From assembly GCA_963835945.1 (NCBI GenBank), contig CAWIHR010000077.1, forward strand, positions 6,792 through 70,791: a stretch of 64,000 bases of DNA, read 5' to 3'. Below, piece by piece: positions 15,447 to 24,724 of this stretch. Each line of letters begins with the position of its first letter. Position 1 is the first letter of the stretch. The translations under genes and the position numbers were made by a program. The DNA is from an uncultured Chloroflexia bacterium. Lineage in GTDB: Bacteria; Chloroflexota; Limnocylindria; Limnocylindrales; CSP1-4. A model generated the notes under the pieces. It ran no database searches, was not told the origin of the DNA, and saw nothing but the letters and a program-made list of their open reading frames with translations.

Positions 15447-18233
15447 CTACTTGTCGCGCTCGCCGGCGAGCACCGCCTGCGCTGCCGCCAAGCGGGCCAC
15501 CGGGATCCGGAACGGCGAGCATGAGACGTAGTTCAGGCCGATCTCATGACAGAACTCGATCGACGACGGGTCGCCGCCGTGCTCGCCGCAGATGCCGAGC
15601 TTGATGTCCGGCCGTGTTGCCCGGCCCTTCTCCACTGCGATCCGCATCAGTTGGCCCACACCAGCCCGGTCGAGCTGCTGGAAGGGGTTGAACGGCAGGA
15701 TCTTGCGCTCCACGTACGCGAGCAGGAAGCCGCCCTCGGCGTCGTCGCGGCTGTAGCCGAACGTCATCTGCGTCAGGTCGTTCGTGCCGAAGCTGAAGAA
15801 CTGCGCATACTTCGCGATCTTGTCGGCCGTCAGCGCGCCGCGCGGCACCTCGATCATGGTGCCGAACTTGTAGTCGACGGTCGCGCCGGCCGCCTCCATG
15901 ACCTTCTTCGCCTCAACCTCGAGCAGAGTCTGGCTGGCCGCAAGCTCGTTCACGTGCCCCACGAGCGGGATCATGATCTCCACGTGCGGGTCACCGCCGT
16001 TGCGGCGCACCGCGATCGCGGCGTTGAGGATCGCGCGCGTCTGCATCTTGGTGATGTCCGGGATCATCAGCCCGAGGCGGATGCCCCGCAGCCCGAGCAT
16101 CGGGTTCTGCTCGCGGAGCGCCTCGACGGCCGCGAGTAGCGTGCGCGCCTTGACGAAGGCTGGGTCGTCCTCGGCCGTGCCGCGCTCGCGCAGCTGCGTG
16201 ACCTCCACGAGCAGCCCCTCGTGCTTGGGCAGGAACTCGTGCAGGGGCGGGTCGATAAGCCGGATCACGACCGGGAGCCCGCTCATCGCCGAGAGGATCC
16301 CCTCGAAGTCGCCCTGCTGGAGCCGCTCGAGCTTGGCGATCGCCGCATCGAACCGCTCGATCGCGGCCTGGTCTGCGTCGCCGATCGACTCGCCCGCGTC
16401 GCGGCGGTCTTTGGCCCGCGTGGCCTGGAACGCCACGAGGATCGCGTCGCGCACGATCTCGAGCCGCTCGCCCTCGCGGAACATGTGCTCGGTGCGGCAG
16501 AGCCCGATCCCCTGCGCCCCGTACCGGCGGGCCTGCGCGGCCTCTTCTGGCTTGTCGGCGTTAGTCCAGACCTGCAGACGACGGATCCCGTCGGCCCAGC
16601 CCAGGATCTTCTGCAGCTCGGGCTGCTCCTCGAAGCGTGCCGCGACAGTGGGCAGCGAGCCCAGGAAGACCTCACCAGTGGAACCGTCCACGCTGAGAGG
16701 GTCTCCCTCCCGGAAGGCCGAGCCGTTTGCCGTCGCGGACTTGTCCCGATAGTCCACCAGGAGCTCGGAGCAGCCCGCCACGCACGGCTTGCCGATCTGG
16801 CGCGCGACGACGGCCGCATGCGACGTGGCACCGCCTCGGGCGGTCAAGATTCCCTGCGCGACTGCCATACCGTGAAAGTCGTCGGGCGACGTCTCGATGC
16901 GCACGAGCACGACGCGCTCGCCGCGGGCGGCCCACTCCACAGCGGTGTCGGCGTCGAAGACGGCCTTGCCGACGGCGGCGCCTGGCGACGCGTTCAGCCC
17001 TCTGGCGATCCGGACCGCCTTCTGACGGGCGACCGGGTCGAACTGCGCGCGGAGCAGCTGATCCACCTGCGCGGGCTCGATCCGCTCGACCGCCTCCGCC
17101 TCTGTGATGATCCCCTCGGCCACCATGTCGACCGCGATCTTCACGGCAGCAGCCGCGGTGCGCTTCGCCGACCGGGTCTGCAGCATGAACAAGCGACCGC
17201 GCTCGATGGTGAACTCCAGGTCCTGCACGTCGCGGTAATGGCGCTCAAGTTTCTCGGCTATCGCCTGGAACTCGCGGAACGCCTGCGGCAGCTCCTGCTC
17301 GAGCTGCGCGATCTTTCGCGGCGTCCGGATACCGGCGACGACGTCCTCGCCCTGCGCGTTGGTCAAATACTCGCCGAACAGCACCTTCTCGCCGGTGTTG
17401 GGATCGCGAGTGAAGGCTACACCGGTCCCAGAATCATTCCCCATGTTGCCGAAGACCATGGTCACCACGTTGACGGCGGTACCGAGGTCGTGGGCGATCT
17501 TGTTGTAGTTACGGTAGTCCACGGCTCGCTTGCCGAACCACGAGCCGAAGACCGCCTTGATCGCCAGGTCCAGCTGTTCGTTGGGATCGGTCGGGAAGTC
17601 GCGACCCGTGGCGTCCTTCACGATGTGCTTGAACGTGCCGACAAGCTCGCACAGCGCAGCCGCGTCGAGATCCGTGTCCGCCTTGGCGCCGCGCTGCTGT
17701 TTGGCCTGGTCGAGAGCCTCATCGAAGCGCTCGCCTGGCACGCCGAGGACGATGCGGCCGAACATCTGGATGAAGCGCCGGTACGCGTCCCACCCGAAGC
17801 GCTCGTTCTGCGTGAGCGCGATCAGGCCAGGCAGCGTCTCCTCGTTCAGACCCAGGTTCAGGACCGTGTCCATCATCCCCGGCATCGAGAACTTGGAGCC
17901 AGAGCGGACGCTCACCAACAGGGGGTTGTCCCATCCGCCGAACCCCTTGCCGGTCTCCCGCTCGACGTCGCGCATCGCCGCCTGGACGTCTTGCCAGAGG
18001 CCATCCGGAAGCTTCTCACCGCCCGAGAAGTAGTCGTTGCATGCTTCGGTCGTGATGGTAAATCCAGGAGGAACCGGGAGCCCGGCCCGCGTCATCTCAG
18101 CGAGCCCGGCGCCCTTGCCGCCGAGGAGACCCTTCATCTCGCCGTTCCCCTCGGCGTTGCCACCGCCGAACGCGTAGATGTAGCGCTTGGCCGCGCGGTG
18201 CGTGCGCTCGGCCACGGTGTCGGGGGTCGTCAT
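15447..18233 (-). CDS. ppdK: pyruvate, phosphate dikinase
   Basis: 928 aa. Contains GGATSHAAVVARQIGKPCVAG (phospho-His loop), CGEHGGDP, and the N-terminal ATP-grasp segment GGKGAGLAEM. AAGGAG RBS upstream. Confidence 0.95.
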   Translation of the reverse strand: MTTPDTVAERTHRAAKRYIYAFGGGNAEGNGEMKGLLGGKGAGLAEMTRAGLPVPPGFTITTEACNDYFSGGEKLPDGLWQDVQAAMRDVERETGKGFGGWDNPLLVSVRSGSKFSMPGMMDTVLNLGLNEETLPGLIALTQNERFGWDAYRRFIQMFGRIVLGVPGERFDEALDQAKQQRGAKADTDLDAAALCELVGTFKHIVKDATGRDFPTDPNEQLDLAIKAVFGSWFGKRAVDYRNYNKIAHDLGTAVNVVTMVFGNMGNDSGTGVAFTRDPNTGEKVLFGEYLTNAQGEDVVAGIRTPRKIAQLEQELPQAFREFQAIAEKLERHYRDVQDLEFTIERGRLFMLQTRSAKRTAAAAVKIAVDMVAEGIITEAEAVERIEPAQVDQLLRAQFDPVARQKAVRIARGLNASPGAAVGKAVFDADTAVEWAARGERVVLVRIETSPDDFHGMAVAQGILTARGGATSHAAVVARQIGKPCVAGCSELLVDYRDKSATANGSAFREGDPLSVDGSTGEVFLGSLPTVAARFEEQPELQKILGWADGIRRLQVWTNADKPEEAAQARRYGAQGIGLCRTEHMFREGERLEIVRDAILVAFQATRAKDRRDAGESIGDADQAAIERFDAAIAKLERLQQGDFEGILSAMSGLPVVIRLIDPPLHEFLPKHEGLLVEVTQLRERGTAEDDPAFVKARTLLAAVEALREQNPMLGLRGIRLGLMIPDITKMQTRAILNAAIAVRRNGGDPHVEIMIPLVGHVNELAASQTLLEVEAKKVMEAAGATVDYKFGTMIEVPRGALTADKIAKYAQFFSFGTNDLTQMTFGYSRDDAEGGFLLAYVERKILPFNPFQQLDRAGVGQLMRIAVEKGRATRPDIKLGICGEHGGDPSSIEFCHEIGLNYVSCSPFRIPVARLAAAQAVLAGERDK

Positions 18234-18448
18234 GAGTCGCTGGCTCCTTATGCAGGGCGGTTCGCGTCAGGGGCGTCCGATCCGTGGGACGTTCGGAACG
18301 CGGCGTCGGGCAGCGTCAGAATGGGAACGCCGTTCCAGCACGATTGTACCGCCGCCGAGCGCCGCGCCGGACGCGCCGAGCTGTCGGATGCGTCGGGCCG
18401 ACCGGGCTTGGTCAAGCGACCTCCGGAGGCGCGTGCCATGATTCCTAG

Positions 18449-20473
18449 ATGACCAACACGTTTGATTTCGACCGGTTCGTCGCCCTGCCGCGCCTGTCGG
18501 GCCTGCGGTGCTCACCCGACGGGAGTCGCCTGGTCGTCTCCGTGGAGACACCGGCATCGGACGGTAAGAGGCTACTGTCCGCCATCTGGGAGATCCATCC
18601 GCTGGGCCGCCGGGCGCCGCGACGACTCACCCGGTCCGGCGTGGGCGAGAGCAACGCCGCGTTCCTTCCCGACGGCTCGCTTCTGTTCACGTCCGCACGC
18701 CCGAACCCCGAGGACGGTGAGCCCGCCCCGAAGCGGGAAGCCGCCCTATGGATGCTGCCGCCAGACGGCGGCGAGGCCCGCCGACTGCTCGCCCCAGAGG
18801 GTGGCGTCGATGCGGTTCGCACGGCCCGGGACGCGCGCACCGTCCTGATCGCCGCGCGCATGCACCGCCATGCGCGCACGCTCGAGGCGGATGCGGAGCG
18901 CGCCAAGGCCCGAAGCGAGGCCGGCATTTCAGCGCTGCTGTTCGACGCATATCCCATCCGCCACTGGGACCACTACATTGGGCCGCGCGAGCGACACCTG
19001 CTGGTGGCGAACGCCCCGGGCGAGGAGAACGGGAACGTGCCGGCGCCGCGCGACCTCACGCCGGACGCGGGCCCGGCGCTCGAGGAGCGCGGCTTCGACA
19101 TCTCACCGGATGGGACGACGGCCGTCGCGTCGATGATGGTGAGCGACGTTCGCGCCCCCGCGGCCGACCTTGTTGCGATCGACGTGACGACCGGCGAGCG
19201 ACGGACCCTGACGGCCGCAGACGCCTCCTACGACCAGCCGTCGTTCGCGCCCGACGGGAGGTCAGTCGCTTGCGTCCGGACCACATCGGGGGACCCTGAC
19301 ACCGCGGGCGTGCAACGGCTGTGGCTGATCGACCTGACAGATGGAAGGGGCCGTGATCTTGCGCCGTCTGCCGACCTCTGGCCCGAGTGCCCGACCTGGT
19401 CGCCCGACGGTTTGGCCGTGTTCTTCGTCGCGGACCAGGACGGCGCCGGCGCGATCTTTCGCGTGGACGTCGTCTCCGGCAAGGTCACCTGCCTGGTCGC
19501 CGACGGCTCCATCGGTGACGCTTGCCCGTCGCCCGACGGTTCGTCGGTCTTCGCGCTGCGCTCGACGCTGCGCCTGCCGAACGAGGTGGTGCGGCTGGAC
19601 GCGCGAACGGCGGATCAGGCCCCGACCGTCCTGCCCTCACCCGCGCTCGACGACGCGACTGTCGGGTCGCCCGGGCGCTTCGAGCGCATCGAGGCGACCG
19701 CGCAGGACGGTGCGCGGATCCGGGCCTGGCTGCTGCTCCCTCCCGACGCGTCACCCGACCATCCCGCTCCGCTTGTCGTGTTCGTCCACGGCGGCCCGCT
19801 CGGATCGTGGACGAACGGTTGGCACTGGCGCTGGAACCCGCAGCTCCTGGTCGCCCGCGGTTACGGGGTCCTGCTCCCAGACCCCGCGTTGTCGCTCGGG
19901 TACGGCCAAGCGTTCGTGCAGCGTGGCTGGGGCCGGTGGCGCGAGGCGCCGTACACGGATGTGCTAGCTGCGGTGGACGTCGCGGTATCTCGGCCCGACA
20001 TCGACGAGTCGCGGCAGGCGCTCATGGGAGGTTCGTTCGGGGGGTACATGGCGAACTGGGTTGCGGGGCACACGGACCGCTTTCGCTGCGTCGTGACCCA
20101 CGCGAGCCTGTGGGAGCTGCGTGGGTTTCACGGCACCACCGACGACGGCAACTGGTGGGAGTACGAGTTCGGCGACCCATACGTCGATCCGCACCGCTAC
20201 TTGGAACAGAGCCCGTCGAACGCGATCGCAACGATCCGGACGCCGATGCTCGTGATCCACGGCGAACTCGATCACCGCGTCCCGATCAGCGAAGCACTGC
20301 GCCTCTGGACGGACCTGCAGCGGCACGGAGTCGAGTCGAAGTTCCTCTACTTCCCGGACGAGAACCACTGGGTGCTGAAGCCGCGGAACGCGCGGCTGTG
20401 GTACCAGACTGTGCTGGCCTTCCTCGATCAGCACGTGCTGGGTAAAGCCTGGGTACAGCCGAGCCTGCTGTAG
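18449..20473 (+). CDS. S9-family serine peptidase (prolyl oligopeptidase/acylaminoacyl-peptidase-like)
   Basis: 674 aa with an N-terminal beta-propeller-like region. The C-terminal hydrolase domain carries GGSFGGYM, HGELDHRVP and DENHW. Confidence 0.85.
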   Translation: MTNTFDFDRFVALPRLSGLRCSPDGSRLVVSVETPASDGKRLLSAIWEIHPLGRRAPRRLTRSGVGESNAAFLPDGSLLFTSARPNPEDGEPAPKREAALWMLPPDGGEARRLLAPEGGVDAVRTARDARTVLIAARMHRHARTLEADAERAKARSEAGISALLFDAYPIRHWDHYIGPRERHLLVANAPGEENGNVPAPRDLTPDAGPALEERGFDISPDGTTAVASMMVSDVRAPAADLVAIDVTTGERRTLTAADASYDQPSFAPDGRSVACVRTTSGDPDTAGVQRLWLIDLTDGRGRDLAPSADLWPECPTWSPDGLAVFFVADQDGAGAIFRVDVVSGKVTCLVADGSIGDACPSPDGSSVFALRSTLRLPNEVVRLDARTADQAPTVLPSPALDDATVGSPGRFERIEATAQDGARIRAWLLLPPDASPDHPAPLVVFVHGGPLGSWTNGWHWRWNPQLLVARGYGVLLPDPALSLGYGQAFVQRGWGRWREAPYTDVLAAVDVAVSRPDIDESRQALMGGSFGGYMANWVAGHTDRFRCVVTHASLWELRGFHGTTDDGNWWEYEFGDPYVDPHRYLEQSPSNAIATIRTPMLVIHGELDHRVPISEALRLWTDLQRHGVESKFLYFPDENHWVLKPRNARLWYQTVLAFLDQHVLGKAWVQPSLL

Positions 20474-20559
20474 AGGCGCGCGGGCAGGCGACGACGTCGA
20501 CTTGAGCCCCGGCGCGTGCGACGGCTTGACGGGGCTGTCGCCGGTTGAGCAGAGGAACC

Positions 20560-21110
20560 TCGAGCCGCCGTGTGCGCCGACGTCGTGCGCTAGTTCGGGC
20601 CGTGCGGGACCGACCCGCCGTACGTGAACCAGGCGCTGGGGGCGCCCCAAACCCCGGAGAATGGGCACGTGGCCTTCGGCCTCATGGACCAGGCGCCCGA
20701 AGCACTGGGCGTGGCGCCATCGCCATCCGGCTCGACTGCCGCACGCTCGCGCGGCGCCCAGTGCCGCTACCACTCGACCGGTGCGCGATCATCCTGTGCG
20801 ACACCGGCTCGCCACGGCGCCTGGGGTCGTCCGGGCACAAATGCGCGCCGCGCGCGGTGGCGAGGCGGCGGTCTCGCTCCCTCGCGACGTCCGACCCCTC
20901 CATCCATGCGCTGCGCGACGTCACACCGGAGATGCTGGAGTCGATCCGAAGCCGCCTCGACGACGAGACGTACCGGCGCTGCGAGCACGTCGCCCCCGAA
21001 GAAGAGCGTGTCCTGCAGACGGTGGCCGCGCTCGAGACGGGGGACCTAGCCGCGGTGGGACGCTGTCTCACGGAGAGCCACGCCTGGCTGCGCGACTTGT
21101 ACGACGGGAG
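20560..21110 (+). pseudogene. galK: decayed galactokinase (GalK/GHMP kinase) remnant
   Basis: GalK-like blocks are spread over two frames: ENGHVAFGLMDQ, AIAIRLDCRTLARRPVPLP, AIILCDTGSPRRL, and LRDVTPEMLESIRSRLDDETYRRCEHVAPEEERVLQTVAALETGDLAAVGRCLTESHAWLRDLYD. The N-terminal ATP-binding part and the C-terminal GGGFGG part are missing. Confidence 0.5.
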
Positions 21111-21322
21111 GGCCGGTTCGCGCCGGGTGGTTGGACGGCACCGCGTCGCAAAGCCGCTTCTCAGCCTGACGCCGCGCGTCCTTGCCGTCGAAGCCGTCTG
21201 GGGGGCCGGCATTCTGCCCCTCCGGCAGGGGTCGGGGGCGGGCCTCCGGGCCAGCGACGTAGACTGGCGTCGTTCGCCCGAGGCGGACGCCACCGTCGGA
21301 CCCAGGGAGATGCCGCGCCACG

Positions 21323-22177
21323 ATGACCATACTGGAGGACCCGCGCGTCATCGAGTTCGGCTCCGAGCACTACAACGCGGAGCTCGTCAGACGCGAGGAC
21401 GACACGGAGGAGCTCGCGACCTTCTGGGTAAGGTTCCGGGGCGAGCCCGTCTCGTTCGAGCCCGGCCAGTACATGACCATCGGGGTCTACGCCGACGGCC
21501 GGCTTGTGCAGCGGCCGTACTCAGTGGCCTCCTCGCCGCGCATGGCCCGCGACGGCTACGAATTCTACGTCCGGCTCGTCCCGATCCTGCGGTTCACGTC
21601 GTTACTCTGGCGGCTTCCGCTCGGGCACGGTATGCGGATGACCGGCCCCAAGGGGCGCTTCGTGCTGGAGGACGACGACCCACGCACACACCTCTTCATC
21701 TCGACCGGCACCGGGATCGCGCCATTCATTTCGATGATCCGGACCGCCCTGGTCGACAAGAGACCGCGCCGCACGGTGATCGCGCACGGTGCCTCCTACG
21801 TGGAGGAGCTGGGCTACCGCCGCGAGCTCGAACAGCTACAGCGCGAGGGGTACCCGCTGACCTACGTGCCCACGATCTCCCGGCCCGCAGAACCCGAGAA
21901 CGCAGGCTGGCAGGGCAGGACCGGCCGCATCGAGACTATCCTGCACGACCTCTGCGACGAGTGCAGTATTCTCCCGTACCGGACGGTCGTGTACATCTGC
22001 GGGAACCCGGAGATGATCCTGAAGGCGGAGGCGATCGTGCAGAGCCACGGGCTCCCCGAGCCACACGTCAAGAAAGAGCTGTACTGGCCTAAGGGCAAGG
22101 GTGCCGGGCAACCGGTCGACGTGACCACAGGCGAGCGAGTGCACGGGCGCGCGGCGGAGGTCGCCAGCCAGGCCTGA
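21323..22177 (+). CDS. ferredoxin-NADP+ reductase family flavoprotein
   Basis: Contains RPYSVASSP (RxYS FAD motif), GPKGRF and ISTGTGIAPFISM. Confidence 0.8.
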   Translation: MTILEDPRVIEFGSEHYNAELVRREDDTEELATFWVRFRGEPVSFEPGQYMTIGVYADGRLVQRPYSVASSPRMARDGYEFYVRLVPILRFTSLLWRLPLGHGMRMTGPKGRFVLEDDDPRTHLFISTGTGIAPFISMIRTALVDKRPRRTVIAHGASYVEELGYRRELEQLQREGYPLTYVPTISRPAEPENAGWQGRTGRIETILHDLCDECSILPYRTVVYICGNPEMILKAEAIVQSHGLPEPHVKKELYWPKGKGAGQPVDVTTGERVHGRAAEVASQA

Positions 22178-22330
22178 CGCGTCGCAGACCTCCATGCCGT
22201 GCCGGGCCCCGCCCGCTCGGGCAGGGCCCCTCGTGACCTTCGGCCCACCGGTACGCGAACTCTGGTGGGTCGCCTAGGAACCATACGTACGCCACTCTAT
22301 GTTTAGCAGAACCGCAGAACAGGATTGTCG

Positions 22331-23167
22331 ATGCACCAGATCCTCGAGAAGGCGCAGCTATCACCAAACGTCACCCTGTTGAGGGTCAGCGCCCCACGTA
22401 TCGCGGAGATCCGACGGCCCGGCCAGTTCGTGATCGTGCGCCTGGGACCCGGAGCTGAGCGCATCCCGCTCACGATCGCCGACGCCGACTCCGTCGCCGG
22501 GAGCATCACGCTGGTCATCCAGTCGATTGGGAAAAGCACGGCCGATCTCGTTGAACTCGGGGTTGGGCAGGCCATCCAAGACATCGCCGGCCCGCTCGGC
22601 CACCCCACCGACCTCCCCGAAGCCGGTCACACCGTGTGTGTGGGCGGCGGCGTAGGGACCGCGGTGATCCTCCCGATCGCCCAGGAGCTTCACCGGCGCG
22701 GGCTATCCGTCACGAGCGTGATCGGCGGCCGATCGCGCGAGTGGGTGATCATGGAGGACGAACTCCATCGCTACGGCGACGTCGTGACCTGCACCGATGA
22801 CGGGAGCTACGGCCGGCCCGGGTTCGTGACCCAGGCGCTCAAGGACCTGCTCGACCAAGGCGGGATCGACACCATCTTCGCCGTCGGGCCCGTGCCAATG
22901 ATGCGGGCCGTGTCCGAGATGACGCGCCCATACGGCGTGCCCACGATGGTCTCGCTGAACTCGATCATGCTCGACGGCACCGGCATGTGCGGGGGCTGTC
23001 GGGTCGAGGTGGGGGGCCAGACCCGGTACGCCTGCGTGGACGGCCCGGAGTTCGACGGGCACCAGGTGGACTTCCGCCTGCTCGCCGATCGCCTGACCAC
23101 CTACCGGACCTTCGAGCAGGAGGCCCTGACGCATCGCGAGGCGTGCCGAGTGGGGGCCACGCAATGA
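22331..23167 (+). CDS. NfnA/sulfide-dehydrogenase-beta/PyrK-like FAD and 2Fe-2S electron-transfer subunit
   Basis: Contains PGQFVIVRLGPGAERIPLTIAD and the C-terminal cluster CGGCRVEVGGQTRYACVDGPEF. ATG at 22331 is preferred over the TTG at 22325. Confidence 0.8.
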   Translation: MHQILEKAQLSPNVTLLRVSAPRIAEIRRPGQFVIVRLGPGAERIPLTIADADSVAGSITLVIQSIGKSTADLVELGVGQAIQDIAGPLGHPTDLPEAGHTVCVGGGVGTAVILPIAQELHRRGLSVTSVIGGRSREWVIMEDELHRYGDVVTCTDDGSYGRPGFVTQALKDLLDQGGIDTIFAVGPVPMMRAVSEMTRPYGVPTMVSLNSIMLDGTGMCGGCRVEVGGQTRYACVDGPEFDGHQVDFRLLADRLTTYRTFEQEALTHREACRVGATQ

Positions 23168-24648
23168 CCGACCAGCCCGTCCCGGGCGAGCGCCCCGTGC
23201 TCAGCAAGAAAGAGCGGATGAAGATCGACCGCCAGCTCATGCCCGAGCAGGACGCGGTTCTCCGCAGCGCCAACTTCCGCGAGGTGAACTTGGGGCTCAC
23301 CGAGCAGCTCGCGTTCCTCGAGGCAGAGCGCTGCATCCAGTGCCCCAAGCCGTACTGCATCGACGGCTGCCCGGTGCGCGTCAACATCCCGCGCTTCATC
23401 GAGCGCCTCACGCAGGGCGACCTGCCCGGCGCCGCCGCTTCCCTCCTCGACGACAACGCCCTTCCATGCGTGACGGGCCGCGTGTGCCCGCAGGAGACGC
23501 AATGCGAGGTGGTCTGCCTGCGCGCGAAGACCGGTAAGCCGGTCGCGATCGGGTACCTCGAGCGGTTCGTGGCCGACTGGGCCAACGAGCACGGGGACAC
23601 CCTCGCCGCCGTGCCGCCGATTGCGAGCGGCAAGCGCGTGGCCGTCATCGGCTCCGGACCGGCCGGCCTGACGGCAGCCGGGGAGCTGGTCAAGTCACGG
23701 CATCACGTCACGATCTTCGAGGCGTTGCACGCCCCTGGCGGGGTGCTCATCTACGGCATCCCCGAGTTCCGCCTGCCGAAGGACATTGTGCAGGACGAGA
23801 TCGACCGGCTGGTGGCACGGGGCGTGGAGATTCAGCCCAACACCATCATCGGCAAGACCTACACGCTGCCGGAGATCCGGGAAATGTACGACGCGGTGTT
23901 CATCGCCGTCGGCGCGGGCCTGCCGGTCTTCATGAACGTCCCCGGTGAGAACCTCAAGGGCGTGTACTCGGCCAACGAATACCTGACCCGGGTCAACCTG
24001 ATGGGGGCTTGGAACCCGGAGTCCGACACGCCAATCCTCAAGGGCCGGCGGATCGCCGTTGTCGGCGGCGGCAACGTCGCCATGGACTCGGTGCGAACGG
24101 CGAAGCGACTCGGCGCCGACGAGGCGATCTGCGTCTATCGGCGCAGCCGCGACGAGATGCCGGCGCGCGTCGAGGAAGTCCACCACGCGGAACAGGAGGG
24201 AATCCGTTTCGACTTCCTCGTCTCGCCGGTCGAGGTCCTCGGAGATGACAAGGGTTGGGTGACCGGCCTGCGCTGCGTCCGGATGGAGCTCGGCGAGCCC
24301 GACTCGTCGGGTCGGCGTCGTCCCGTCCCGGTCACGGGGTCGGACTTCACGATCGACTGCGAGGAAGTCGTGGTCGCGATCGGCACGCGCAGCAATCCTC
24401 TGCTGACGCGCACGGCGCCCGAGCTGCAGGTCAACCAGTGGGGCTACATCGCCACCGACGAGCACGGCATGACGAGCATGCCGGGCGTCTTTGCCGGTGG
24501 CGACATCGTGCGCGGCGCGGCGACGGTGATCCTCGCCATGGGCGACGGGAAGTCGGCAGCCCACGCCATCGACGCCTACTTGCGGGGGGCGTATCCGCCA
24601 GCGCCCGAGGCTGCGCTGGAACCCGCCCGACCGGCACACCACCAATAA
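23164..24648 (+). CDS. NfnB/GltD-like NADPH-dependent oxidoreductase (glutamate synthase small-subunit family)
   Basis: ATGA overlap with the upstream gene. Two Fe-S motifs (CIQCPKPYCIDGCPV, GRVCPQETQCEVVC). Rossmann motifs VAVIGSGPAGL and IAVVGGGNVAMD. Confidence 0.85.
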   Translation: MTDQPVPGERPVLSKKERMKIDRQLMPEQDAVLRSANFREVNLGLTEQLAFLEAERCIQCPKPYCIDGCPVRVNIPRFIERLTQGDLPGAAASLLDDNALPCVTGRVCPQETQCEVVCLRAKTGKPVAIGYLERFVADWANEHGDTLAAVPPIASGKRVAVIGSGPAGLTAAGELVKSRHHVTIFEALHAPGGVLIYGIPEFRLPKDIVQDEIDRLVARGVEIQPNTIIGKTYTLPEIREMYDAVFIAVGAGLPVFMNVPGENLKGVYSANEYLTRVNLMGAWNPESDTPILKGRRIAVVGGGNVAMDSVRTAKRLGADEAICVYRRSRDEMPARVEEVHHAEQEGIRFDFLVSPVEVLGDDKGWVTGLRCVRMELGEPDSSGRRRPVPVTGSDFTIDCEEVVVAIGTRSNPLLTRTAPELQVNQWGYIATDEHGMTSMPGVFAGGDIVRGAATVILAMGDGKSAAHAIDAYLRGAYPPAPEAALEPARPAHHQ

Positions 24649-24656
24649 CGTCCACG

Positions 24657-24688
24657 CCCCGGCCGGCAGCTGCACCGCCCGGCCGGGG
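24657..24688. terminator. bidirectional hairpin between convergent genes (CCCCGGCCGG-N12-CCGGCCGGGG)
   Basis: Perfect 10-bp arms located between the nfnB-like stop and the glyQS stop. Confidence 0.45.
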
Positions 24689-24724
24689 CCTCGCTCTCGC
24701 AGGGCGCGCAGCCCTGCGGCTCGG

